The notes beneath the pieces are model-generated. The model was given only the letters and a program-made list of their open reading frames with translations, was not told the origin of the DNA and searched no databases. Positions 39,901 through 51,169 of a stretch of 64,000 bases of DNA are shown piece after piece (the stretch's first letter is position 1; the number at the start of each line of letters is the position of its first letter). Where the stretch lies: the NCBI GenBank assembly GCA_047967505.1, contig CM106538.1; one strand, 5' to 3'. Both the position numbers and the translations under genes were made by a program. The stretch is from Dipteris shenzhenensis (lineage: Eukaryota).

Positions 39901-40885
39901 TCACTCCCTATCAGCAGATGTAGAGAGGTATACTAATCCTTACGACTGGTCATGTGGTGCGATGCACCACTGTCAATAATCCAAGGTTCATCCGCAGGTA
40001 CATGAACTGTCTCCATGCAAATCTCCTCAATTGCTATGAATAGCTCTACTGGTACTGCCTGCGTGCTATTGTTGGACTCTTTCTTTACTCCGTTCTTCTC
40101 ATCTGCAATCTTCTTTCGGCACTCATACTGCTTTTGCCCTGCCTTGTTGCAATAGAAGCACTTGATCTTTTTATCATAAGAAGAAGATGGGTTACCAGAG
40201 TCCTTACCCTTACCTTTCTTTGATCCAACCAAGAAAGCCGAGTCCTTGTCTTTTGATGCATCTCCTCCTCCATAAGCATCACACTGAAATCCTCAAAGTT
40301 GAGGGGCGGATTTCTATTCTGCGTATTCAGTGCCGTAACAAGACCGTCATACTTTGGTGGGAGAATTCGTATGCACCTTCATGCTAGATTCTCGTTGGTG
40401 ATGGTGATGGTGATGCCGATCGTAGTCATCTAATTACGCAAATTCTTCACCCTGGTGATGAACTTCTTTGCTGTTTCAGACTCAAACAGTTTCTCGTTGG
40501 CGAGTTGAGTCTCCAGATTCTGAATCCATGTCTGATTCGTGGTCTCGTACTGATTTTTCAAGACCGTCCATGCCTCCTCCGTTGTGGTGACATGTTAAAT
40601 TAACGCCATGATAGAATCACTTACACTGCAGACAATAGAACATAGTGCATCTGCATTTCTTCTTGTCCACGCGAGAATCTCATCCGCAGTTGGTACTATC
40701 TATTGTCTTGCATTGGCTGGATTCGGTCTCGCAACCGGCTTCACGTCCACCCCAGTTGCAGTATCCCAAAGCTTGTATGCGCTTAGGATGGTCTTCGTCT
40801 TGAACTTCTAGAGTGGATAGTTAGTGTTGTCCAACTTTCCGCTGTTGCTGAATGGTGGGATTCGCAGTCTTGCGGGCTGGGCCAT
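36919..40885 (-). pseudogene. Copia gag-pol polyprotein, disrupted by stops and frameshifts
   Basis: ATG at 40885; NYPL*KFK gag start; KCFYCNKAGQKQYEC knuckle; WIIDSGASHHMT protease; LVHMDL...IDDYSR...QQNGVAER integrase; YKARLVAKGFAQ RT; DWAGDVDSRRS and KNPVFHARTKHIEIQYHF RNase H. Confidence 0.95.
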
Positions 40886-40955
40886 CTCTCACAATCTACT
40901 CGCAAACAGAAACACATTACCAAATCTTCTTGCTAGAGCCCAAGCTCTGATACCA

Positions 40956-41662
40956 TGTAAGAAAATAATACAATGTCTGTGCTCAACAGATAACAGGATC
41001 TTGTATGTAAGAGAGAAAAGCTGATAGTATGGAGAATAAAAAATTTGATTACTGCAAAACCGATACAATAGATGGCGCTACCTCCTAGCCGTACGCTCCT
41101 ATGTGAGAAGCTTCAATGGCATGCTAGAAATAGTAGAGGACAAAGGTTGGATGCTAAGGAATCAAGGTTGCTGTAGCCAGTGATGATAATGGGCTTAATG
41201 GGCTTGCTCTTATATAGCCACCACTCATAGTCGGTTAGACCCAATTGGGTGACTAACCCAGTTTGCCCAAAATGACCGACTGAATAGGCCACCAACCACA
41301 TGATAGAACCATGGCATAGAATAGAGCAACTTCATTCGACCCAGAGCCATCCAAGATCATCTGGGGCTCCAAATGGGCCCCGCAACTCGAGAGTGGGCTG
41401 CCCTAGGAAATGCTCCATCTACCCTTAGTGCGGTCAGTCATGGGATGCCTTCCCACACTTGCATGTAGCCTAGTTGGTAGTGTGCCAACTCTATTTGAAG
41501 CCATCCAGCCATCAGGCCACACATGGCCCCCATTTGGTGTCCAAACCAAGACCTACTAGATAACTGAGCTACTCAAATGCCTTCTCCTCATATGGGGGGC
41601 TTACAAGTAGAGTTAGTTGGTTCCCGTGTAGTTACACGAGAGTGGAGCATTGATATCTAACA
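40956..41662 (-). repeat. Copia 5' LTR (707 bp)
   Basis: Plus strand tgtaagaaaa...gatatctaaca, next to the PBS. Many substitutions and small deletions relative to the other LTR. Confidence 0.93.
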
Positions 41663-42149
41663 GGGGTGTGTAGGGAAAAAATTACACACGTATTGGATTT
41701 AACTCCCAATTCCAAAAAGATATTCAGAAGATATATAAAGATTCAAAATTATCAAAGGACATTATAACCAGTCAGATTGGCACACGTGTGTACTTTTAGA
41801 ATGAATATTAGGGATGGATAATATCAAGAGGTACATAATGAGTTTGCAAAGAATTCCCAAGTCTCGCCAATGAAGGTGTCCTGAAAAAAACTTTTCTTGT
41901 GTGCCTATGTGTGTATGTGAGGGAGTGCAAGTTGGATAAATGAGTGTGTTAGTCCATCTCTTTGTCCTCTCTTCCAAACAACGATTATATTAAGTCTTAC
42001 CTTCACATTCAAGGATTGGCATAAAGCTTGCCCATACACTCAAAATAAGTCGCTCAAAAAGTTGTTTTTATGTGAAATTGATAGTTGAGATAACTTATAA
42101 TGATGCAACCCCCTTCTCTCTGAATAGCAGCTCATAAGCAATGTGATTG

Positions 42150-42800
42150 ACCTAGCCATAACTTGCACTTAGCCTTAGTATGACCATGATCTCGATAGAA
42201 GTAGCATCGGATCTATGGTGGTCCTTGGATCTTACCTTTGTCATTTTCACCTTTACCTTTGCCTTGTTCTAGTCTTGGAGGCCATCCTTCCTTGGGCTTA
42301 GTATCATCATGTGCCGCTCAGCTTGGGACCTAGTGATGGCATTGGGCTTAATTGATCTGTTACCGCTATCAAAACATCTCAACACTAGGGATCGATTTCC
42401 CTTCTCTTTGTATTGCTCTTGAGTAGCTTGATGTGCTCCAACCATAACTTGCACTCAGCCTTAGTATGACCATGCTCTCCAAGGGAATGGAGGAAGGAAA
42501 CCCTCAATACAAGCTAGAACTCCACTATGGGCATCAACCTAGGTGAACACAAACGAGTTATACACCATAATGACTCATCTATTGTAGTAGGATCTCTATG
42601 GGTGGCATAGCAAAATAGTAGAATAGCTCCAAGACATAGAAACCTAGGGGGTAAATTTGAATAAAAAGATGGCAATGTTGCCTTATCACAATTGCAAGGA
42701 CTATGAAATCATGGACCCAATGATGGATCCACATTAGGATGATAAGGCCATCTCATACCAATATATAGAGGATGGCATGTGAAGATGCTTGCACCTTTTT
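42150..42800 (-). mobile_element. Retroelement gag C-terminal remnant with zinc-knuckle-like motifs
   Basis: Minus strand reads RDPTTIDE, GEHGHTKAECKLW and GKGKGENDKGKIQGPP*IRCYFYRDHGHTKAKCKLW (degenerate CX2CX4HX4C). Confidence 0.55.
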
Positions 42801-42819
42801 CTCTAATGCCATCCTGAGG

Positions 42820-44684
42820 CAGGACTCTGCTTTTGTTGGCCTGATCCATGAGCATTTGGACCAGGAATTCACTAGAGGTGAGCTCATCCTTGAGCTTGGT
42901 GACTGTGAGCTCTAGCTCCTCAGCATTTGCGCAGTACTCCTCTGCTCAATCTAGGGCCATTTGCCCTATGACTTGGGCAGCGATCATCAGGCTGGTGTGG
43001 CTGTCACGCGTGGAGAGCTGTGCCTAGAGGAGGGTCGCTGAGAGTTGTGAGGAGTTTGCGAGACTTGTTCTTGCTGCCTCTGGAGAATTGTGCATGCCAC
43101 CTGTGGGAGTTGTGCCTTTGCTACAAATAAATTCTGCTCCATCTAGTTGGCATGGGAGAGTTGCTTTACTGTCATGTGGCTATAGCCACTTAATGCTTGA
43201 TAATGGGGCACGCTGCAAAATTGTAGGGCCTCTGTGAGGCTTGCCCATGGAGAGGAAGAGGTGTCAGTGAGACGAAGGAGGTGGTCTCTTAAGGACGGGA
43301 GGCTGAGACTTGGGATGCAGTGGGGTCGTCAGGATAGCTTGGGCTCCTGGGTGGAGGCCAATTGTGACTGTCTCGTCACCTAGGAGGTCATCCACCAAGA
43401 TGGGCTCTTGCTATACACTTTTGCCCTTGTCTTGAGGATATGATTGTTTGAGGCGTAGTTGACGGCGTAGGAATGTCTGCACTTGGCGATCCTCGTACTA
43501 TGTGAGCAATTGACGGGTCCGGTTGCTCGGGATGGTTGGTCGGAGTGGCGTTGGGCTCTATTTTTGCTCACTTTGTGGCTTCTTCTTGGTCTACTAGTAC
43601 CAGCCCCGTGGTGGCTGACTTTTCGGCTAACCCATAGCCGATAGGCGGATGCTGCTACATCACATGGTAGAGAATCGGCATGTAAAGCATCGGGTTGCTG
43701 ATGACCTCTCTATGTGTTTTGAGGTCTTCCCTCATACGCTTATAGAAGTAATTGGCCCAGTTCGTGACCTGGGGTTCTACCAGCCGCAACAAAATGTTTG
43801 GCATGATTGACTAGTGGTGGTCAGTGTGGCTGACTTGACTCAAGCACTGCAGGGCCCTTGCTGGTCTTTCCACTTTCGGCTTGATGATCTCCATGAAGTG
43901 GATGCGCCCTTTGCTCTTCTTGTGGTTGTAGTGGCAGATTTTGCTGAGGGCCTCGAGCATCTTGTTCGTCGTTGCATACTTGTCGCCGATGATGACTTGC
44001 AAGCTGAGGGTGGCTTACACCATGTCCTGATTGAGGTGGTAGAAGTGGGGAGTGTCCATTACGTCTCAAAGAACACCCACATTTGTGTTGGAGTTGCAAG
44101 CCTGAAGGAACTCTCCCAAGAGCCTCATATCTAAGTGGCAAGGAAGGTGATCTACCACCCACGGATCCCAAGCCTATCACTACGAGTGCGTCTTGTACTG
44201 CCAGCTCCTTTAGTGCCACATACGCCATTGTGGTGTGGTAATGGAGGGTATAATCATGCCCCTTGTATGCGTAGTGGGAGTGGATGGTGCATGCATTGAG
44301 TTGTTGGAGCCATCCCTCTCCAAGCGGTGAGTGCGTTTGTGAGCGCACAATTTTGTACTCCCCTTGTGTGGGGGCTGGGGTGCACTTTCTTGACATCCTT
44401 GAGGGGGGTGTGCCTCTTGTTGTCAGAGCCTCCTGGGTGGCTTGTTGTGTAGATACTTCCTTCTCCGCTTGTAAATCTTCGGTTGGAAATTTAGAGGGCA
44501 TACGGATCGTGGCCGAGGGCGTACTTTGTGAGTCGGAGGGACCAGTGGCTTGTGGAATAGGGGGTTGGGGGTGGAGGCCAAGCTCCATCTCAAACTTGAA
44601 GAATTCATTCTTTAGATCCATTGGGAAGAATGAGGGCAACTGAGTGATGAGGAAATCGGTGGAAGAGGATGAGTTTGAGGACAT
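42820..44684 (-). pseudogene. Disrupted accessory ('extra') ORF within the Gypsy-like mosaic; function unknown
   Basis: ATG at 44684 opens 287 codons. A frameshifted continuation reads ...QVTNWANYFYKRMREDL..., followed by a probable coiled-coil tail. CTATATAAAG lies on the minus strand at 44801-44810. Confidence 0.4.
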
Positions 44685-44769
44685 ATACTGATTGCTAGAT
44701 GGCTATGTGGAAGAGGGCAGGGGGCTAGAAGATTTCTGACATAATTTTGACAGATTTTGGGGGCAATTG

Positions 44770-45260
44770 CTATGGCGACGACCTAGCAAGATAAGGGCTC
44801 CTTTATATAGATTTTGCTATCCCCACGATTGGCAAGATGGAGTATGGCAATGACTGGTGTGATAATCTGATGGCAATGGTCAGGGAATCTTTTGATGGGG
44901 TGACGGTCGGTGGGATACTACTATGGCAACGACCGACGTGATAATTTGATGGTGGCAACGGTTGATGGGATCTTTGGATGGCGATGGTTGGTGGGATGAT
45001 GCTATGGTGACTGTTGGTGGGATCTTTTGACGTGACAACGGTCGATGGGATATTGCTATGGCAACGACTAGCATGATAATATGATGGCGATGGTTGATGG
45101 GATCTTCAGATGGTGACAGTTAGCGTGATGATGCTATGGCGACAGTCAGCATGATAGTCGGATGGCAACAGCTTGTAGGATCTTCACATGGCGACGATCA
45201 ATAGGATAGTGCTATGGCCATGGTTGGCGAGATAGCGCTATAGCGACAACCGGCAGGATA
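44770..45260. repeat. Degenerate ~27-bp minisatellite array 1
   Basis: Recurring (gct)atggcgacggtcggtgggat-like units. Confidence 0.8.
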
Positions 45261-46149
45261 CTTTTTGAGGAAAGTAAGGAAAGGGAAAGAGGGGGGAAAG
45301 TGGGAAGGTGAGAGAGAGAGAGGAGGGACGACCTGGCCCTAATCACCTAGTGCTGACCGTGCATATGTGTGGGTGTATGTGCAAGGAAGTGACTTGTGGG
45401 CTGCGGGTGCATTGGGGTGATATGCCTAACGTACTAACTCACTTGCTCTCATGAGTCGGGTGGCACCGTTGGTGATGGTATGATTGCAGCTACCTTTGAT
45501 GGTTCGCCTTCGAGTTTGGAGGAAGGTTCTTATGTAACTCCCCTCATTGTAGGGGTCGGTTCTTGTGTTGCTCCCTCGCTGCCTCGGGTGATCCTCGTGT
45601 TGAGTTATACAATTTGTGGTACTAGGGCACGCTCGAGACTCTAGGGTTTGTTTGTCTTCCAAGAGCTTGGTGCCGACCTAGTGCTTGGGGGGATGCTGTG
45701 GTTGAGGAGGTGGATTAGGGCCTGGAACTTGAGGCGCTGGATGGCATCATTCCCTTCTCCTTGATAAGGATGCCTTTAACAGAGACGTCCCTAGAGAGAT
45801 TAGGGAATCATGCCTTGCTTGGATCTTTTTGGGTTAGCGATTGCTATTGAAGTAGCGTTGGGCATAGAGAATAGCCTCTTGTACTTGCTGCTCACAGCTT
45901 TCCTGAGTGGGGAACAACAATGGCGGCATACTGGGCAACTGCATCGGGTTGCCGTCACGTTGGTTTTCTGTCCTTTTCGATGTCGGACTTTCTTCAGAGG
46001 GTCGGTGTATGGAGGGTTGTAGGTGGATGGAGCTTTAGGTCTGCCCTCTCATAGAACTTCTTTACCTTGGACCGACGAGGGTGCAGTAGAAGGAGAAGTA
46101 CATGAATCACACAATAGGATTACCGTAGTTTTACCACCATTTGTAGGGA

Positions 46150-46470
46150 AGCTGTTCTAGCCCGCCAGTCGATTTGATAGTTCACGACATAACGCCATGT
46201 CCTTCCCAATATGATATGTTCATCAGTTGCTTCTGTGGGGTAGAACATAAAAGTGTATTTCTACTGCCTGGCGAGCAACCATTAGACTTAAGTTTACAAA
46301 ACCCAAGGTGCTTATGAGCTGGCCATTGATAGCCCTTACTAAAGCAATGGTGAGGTTTAGGGGTACCTGTAGCTTTTCCCATACCTCGTGGGAGATGAAG
46401 TTGTGGCTCGCTCTTGGATCCACGAGTGCTCTGATGTGCAAGCCCGGACCCTGCATTTGAACATGCAACC
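46150..46470 (-). mobile_element. Second retrotransposon aspartic protease remnant
   Basis: IRALVDPRASHNFISHEVWEKL...VRAINGQ...HFYVL...IILGRTW (ALVDSGASHNF type). Confidence 0.75.
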
Positions 46471-46779
46471 TAGCTAGTTCCTATCATTAGCTCATCCGTT
46501 AGTCCTAGGTGTTCAAGAGTGGCCTTAAGTAATGCCATTTGCTTACACTGTCTGAGCTTAGAGTTACATGCCCTGGCTTCTTCGATGGCCTGGCATTTCA
46601 TCTAGGCTACCTCGGCCTTGAGTTCTTTTTCTCTATGGATGGCTTGAAGGGTAGGCAGTGTGAGTGGCCCATAATATCTATTCAATTTTCTCCCGTTGAG
46701 GTAGCCTTCCATTTCTACTCCATCAAGGGTGGCTATTTGGCACGCCCCTTGTGGAGTGATCTATACCACGTAGTACAAA

Positions 46780-49100
46780 CCCATACCTTAGTTTAGGAAG
46801 CTATAGGATTCCTTTTTGGCTACCCTTTCGAGGAAATGTTCCATGAATGGAAAGGGGTAGTGGTCATGCCTACTAGTCGAAGCATTAACTTTTTTCAAAT
46901 CCATGCATACTCAAATCTTTATGTTCTTTTTCAAGACTATCACAATGGGTGACATCCAGTCAGTATGCTCAATCTCATAGATGAATCCTGTATCTATGAG
47001 TTTTTGGATTTCCTCCCTCACTATGAGCATGCAATTGGGATTCATAGGGCAGGGATGTTGACATACCGGCCTGGCCGTCTAGCATGGGTGTTGTGTGCTG
47101 CATAACTTCAGCGGGTACCCCTTTCATATCGATGTATTTCCAGGCCATGTAGTCCTTGTATTCTTATAGGAGAGCTATTAGAGCATTCTCCTTGTTGGGG
47201 GAGATATCATCAATGATGAATATAGGTTGGAGGTCCTGCCCTTACCTCCTTAACCAGGTTGGGGGTCTTGCCCTTCCGGAGCTAGGTTTACCTCCTTAAC
47301 TAGGGCTGGACCATCATATCCTTAAGAGCACCCATCTTCTCGAGATCTCTTGGCATGTTGGTATAAGATCTTGTGATCCTCGATCATGTAGGCCTTGTAG
47401 TGTGCTGGTACCTGTCGTAGGTCTTCCTTCTCTTCACCTTCCTCCTCTATTTCTTCAGGGGAAGTGGTCCTCTTGGCCTTAGCCGAGCTTTTGGACAAAG
47501 GGAGTCTCGGACCTGAAGGCGGATCTTTCATTGCACTTATAGAGCCTACTGGGGAGGTTACCTTGCTCACCTTGGCTCCCCAATTGGAAGAGAACTCATG
47601 GTGAGCGGTAGTGGCGACAACATATGCTAGCCAGTGGAGGTCTGATTTGACCCTTACTGTCCCTTTGCTCACCTCACAGGGTTTGAGCATGTTAAACATT
47701 CTAAGGGGAACCACCGGGGACATTCTCTTAAGCTCAGGGTTGTGATTTGCAACCCTATTCTCTCTAAAACATCAATGTTGGCCAGGATGTGCATCCAGTT
47801 TTGAGAAAATTCCGGCTTGGGAAGAGGTGCATACCAAAATTCATCGGACTCTTTTTCATCCTTTTCCCTCTCACAATGTTGGAACACCTTCACGGATGTT
47901 GTCCGGATGGTTGTGTTAGATTCCGCGGTCAAAAAGGTGTCTTGACAATGGGTGGGCCTTGTAGGTGTAGAAGTCCACTCGCATGATTTGTTCCTCATGC
48001 TGCAAATAGATGTTATTGGTACGCCAGTCGTGTATGAGCTCGGACATTCATAAGAAGGGTCTGCCTAGGATGGCTTCATAACTCGACTATTGTGTGAAGT
48101 CCATGACTACGAACCTGAAGGGATACATGAATCTTGAATACTTTAATGTTAATGCTAGAAAGGACTCCCAAGGGCTTTGTAGTTTTGCCATCGACTAACT
48201 TCACCACCAAATGGGTTTGCTTGAGCACTGGTTTTCCCCACTTTACCCAGCATTCCTTGGTACAGACACTCACTCCCACTCCCCCATCCAAGATGGCATC
48301 AACCTTTTGGTGCTGATAGGTTATGGGGATAGCCGCGTTCGTGTCATCACCTTTGAAGTATTGGCCTAGCTTATTAATGGTAACCTTGGGTAAGTTCTAC
48401 CCCTCCTCTGGTGACGATTGGTCAGCCTTAGGGCTAGCAGGGCCTGGGGGCCAGAATTATCCATTCATCCAGTTGGATAGGTCTCACCAAAGGATGGGAT
48501 TCCCTCTCAATAGGGGGTGGGCGATCATCATTTTTACCTTAGTTGAGAGGAGGTTGGGGGTTCATAAGACGCCCCTCCTTGAGAGCCTCTCACATCTCCT
48601 CGGCTAGAAGGGCCCTAGGTCCACAAAGGTCATTTCAGTCCCTATCTGCATTTCAGGAGCTGGTTGTTGTTGCTGACCTTCCCTTCCCACTGACATGCCG
48701 ACAAAGGGGTTCTCTATTCTGTCAACTCTGTTCAGCCTAAACATCCAAACATGTTGGAGAATGTACCTCTTAACCTGGATGCTACAAAAGGAGCAAGAGA
48801 GTTGGGAGAGGCCACACTTCTGAAGGGGGCTTTGGAAACCCTTGGACCCGCGAGGCCTTGCATCTCCTCATCCAAACTCTCCGTCTCTTCAGAGCTAGAT
48901 GGATCCTCCTGTCAGGGTTCTATTACGGAGTGGGAGCTAGGAATCAAGCTTTCGGTTAGGACTGCCCAGCTAGGGCGAAAGTGGGCTGAGCATAGCTCAA
49001 AGCACTGTCTTCAGGCGCACGATCCTTGGACAAAATTCTTTCAGATCGCAAGTGCATGTATGAGACCTCTAATAGGGCACACTGAAGCTGAACTTTAATT
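46780..49100 (-). mobile_element. Decayed Ty3/Gypsy gag-end, protease and RT N-terminus
   Basis: AILDGGVGVSVCTKECW...KLVDGKTTKPLG...ILGRPFL (48000-48310). IQKLIDTGFIYEIEHTDWMSPIVIV...VCMD...DHYPFPFMEHFLERVA (46820-47010). Confidence 0.8.
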
Positions 49101-49139
49101 CTGTAATTTTTTTCTGGACTACCCCAGAGGTATCCCCAC

Positions 49140-49830
49140 GGTCGTAGGGATAGCGCTATGGCAACGGTCATAGGGATAGCTTAACGTGCGGGTCAGTAGG
49201 ATACCAATATGGCAAGGAGCATGGGAATAGTTCTTAAGGCGTTGGTCAACAGAATACCAGTATGGCAATGGGCGACGGGATGATGCCTAACGTGTCAATC
49301 GACAGGATAGGTAGTGCCACATGTCAGTGGGATGGGACGCAGGTGGGATCCCCACGGTTGTAGGGATGAGCTAAGACAATGGTAGGAGGGATAACGGGGT
49401 CGATGGGGTAATAATATGGCAATAGGCGTGGGGTTAGTTCTTAAGGCGCCGATCGGCAGGATACCAATATGGCAGCAGGCGTGGGGGTAGCAAGATGGCA
49501 ACGGTCACGGGGATGAGCTTAATGCATCGGTCGACAGGATATCTCGATTGACCATGGGCATGGGGATAAGGCACCAATCAAGGGATAATATTATAGTGAC
49601 GATCGTGGGGGTAGCACTAAGGCCACGAGTGAATGACTCTCAGACTCGCAAGATAGCTAACTCTGACATGCGTTAATTAGGGCGACATGTTAGACCATGG
49701 TCAGAAGTTAGGTCATGGGGATAGGCGCTATGGCTATAGGTCAACAAAGTTTGATCGGTGGGATACGGCTATGGCGATGGTCAGTGGGATAGCGCTAAGC
49801 CACCGACCTGTGGCAATAGGAATGTGCTAT
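49140..49830. repeat. Degenerate ~27/54-bp minisatellite array 2, related to array 1
   Basis: Recurring ggataccaatatggcaa / gggatagcgctatggcaacggtc units. Confidence 0.75.
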
Positions 49831-51169
49831 GTCGTCGACTGGTTTTTTGATGATTTTTTACAGATTTGGAGTTTTTGTTCATGGTTTTTTGTGCTAGGGG
49901 GATGCTATACTACCTACTCTACCTACTCAATGCAAAGACCTTGAAAGAAAAACAACATTTGAGTGCCAAAATGAAAGATTTCTTGAGGGGTGACTGTTAA
50001 CACACAAAACAACTTTGAAATTCAGCTTGATTCTTCATTCTTGGTTGTTTTTTGTGATATTTGACAACATACACACCTTAGCAATCTGACAAACTACCTT
50101 CCTATCATTTCACATTTCAAACAAACCTAAAAAACAAGCTTCCTAACCTCAAAAATGCTCTACAACATAAAATGACAGTTTTCTGTCTCTTTTTCTTCCA
50201 ACTCACACTTCCTTCCTCATTCCTCAACTAAAACTCCATTAACAAAGCTCCAAGTTAAGCGTGAAGCCTTGTGCAATGGGTATATTATGAAAGAAAGCAA
50301 GTGCAAATGCAAAAGCATACCTCCATTCCCCAGCAGTGTTACATCAATTTCTTCCACTCTTCTAGTTATTCAAAATGAGGATGATCATTCTGAATCAAGG
50401 CATTGCACGAATCAAGCGTTCAAGAATGGTTAATAAGATGAACAGTTGCATTGGTGGCATGAAAGGAAAATATGAACTTTTCGCGTAAGTGTTGCATCTA
50501 TTGCGAACATTCTAGTATTTCTTGAAAACTCAAGAACCAAGACATTGCACTAATAATAAGACTTATGAATGATTGATAGGATGAGCTCATTTCATAGATA
50601 CATTATGATAATTATGCATGAAAATATAATGTATTCACTTCTAAGGTATTGTCAAGTTTTTGACGCATATTTCGATGAAAAATATGCTGGACATTTATTT
50701 GTTGGTAGGGAAAACGTTATGTCTGTCAAAAATAAACCATCGGGTCTTGACAAAATTCGACAATGTTTGACAGCATCAGCATCTGGATAGCACCTACATT
50801 GTAGTGATGGGGTGGCAGTAGATTTGGCTTACAACCACCCTCGTCAACGTATGCCCTGATGTCATCGACATTCGTTGCGCCACATGGGGGAGCAGGGCAC
50901 AGAGAGATTTAGGAAGTGAGCATTTCTACAAGGCATAGCTTGCAAGCATTTTAACTTCACCCTCTCTTTCCTTCTTCTTCTCCCTCCCGTCTCCCCTCTT
51001 TTCTCCCCTCTTCCCCTTCCCTCTTTCTCTCGTGTGGAAACACATTGCGACAATCCGGAAGCTGCTTGCATGACACAAGTGGACGGATAATGCTTGCATT
51101 GCTCTCACAAGGAAGTAGCTTGGAGTGGAGGCTCCAACGACATTCCTTCAACATCCCCATGACACGTGA

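Larger units (their letters stand above)
36151..41662 (-). mobile_element. Full-length but disabled Ty1/Copia LTR retrotransposon (5.5 kb)
   Basis: LTRs at 36151-36888 and 40956-41662 (TG...CA). TSD GGGGT at 36146-36150 and 41663-41667. PBS TGGTATCAGAGC at 40944-40955. PPT ATTGAGGGGATG at 36889-36900. Domain order gag-PR-IN-RT-RH. Confidence 0.96.

Noticed and set aside
44770-49830. CRISPR-like arrays
   Set aside because: Units are contiguous and degenerate with no unique spacers, there are no cas genes, and the context is eukaryotic.
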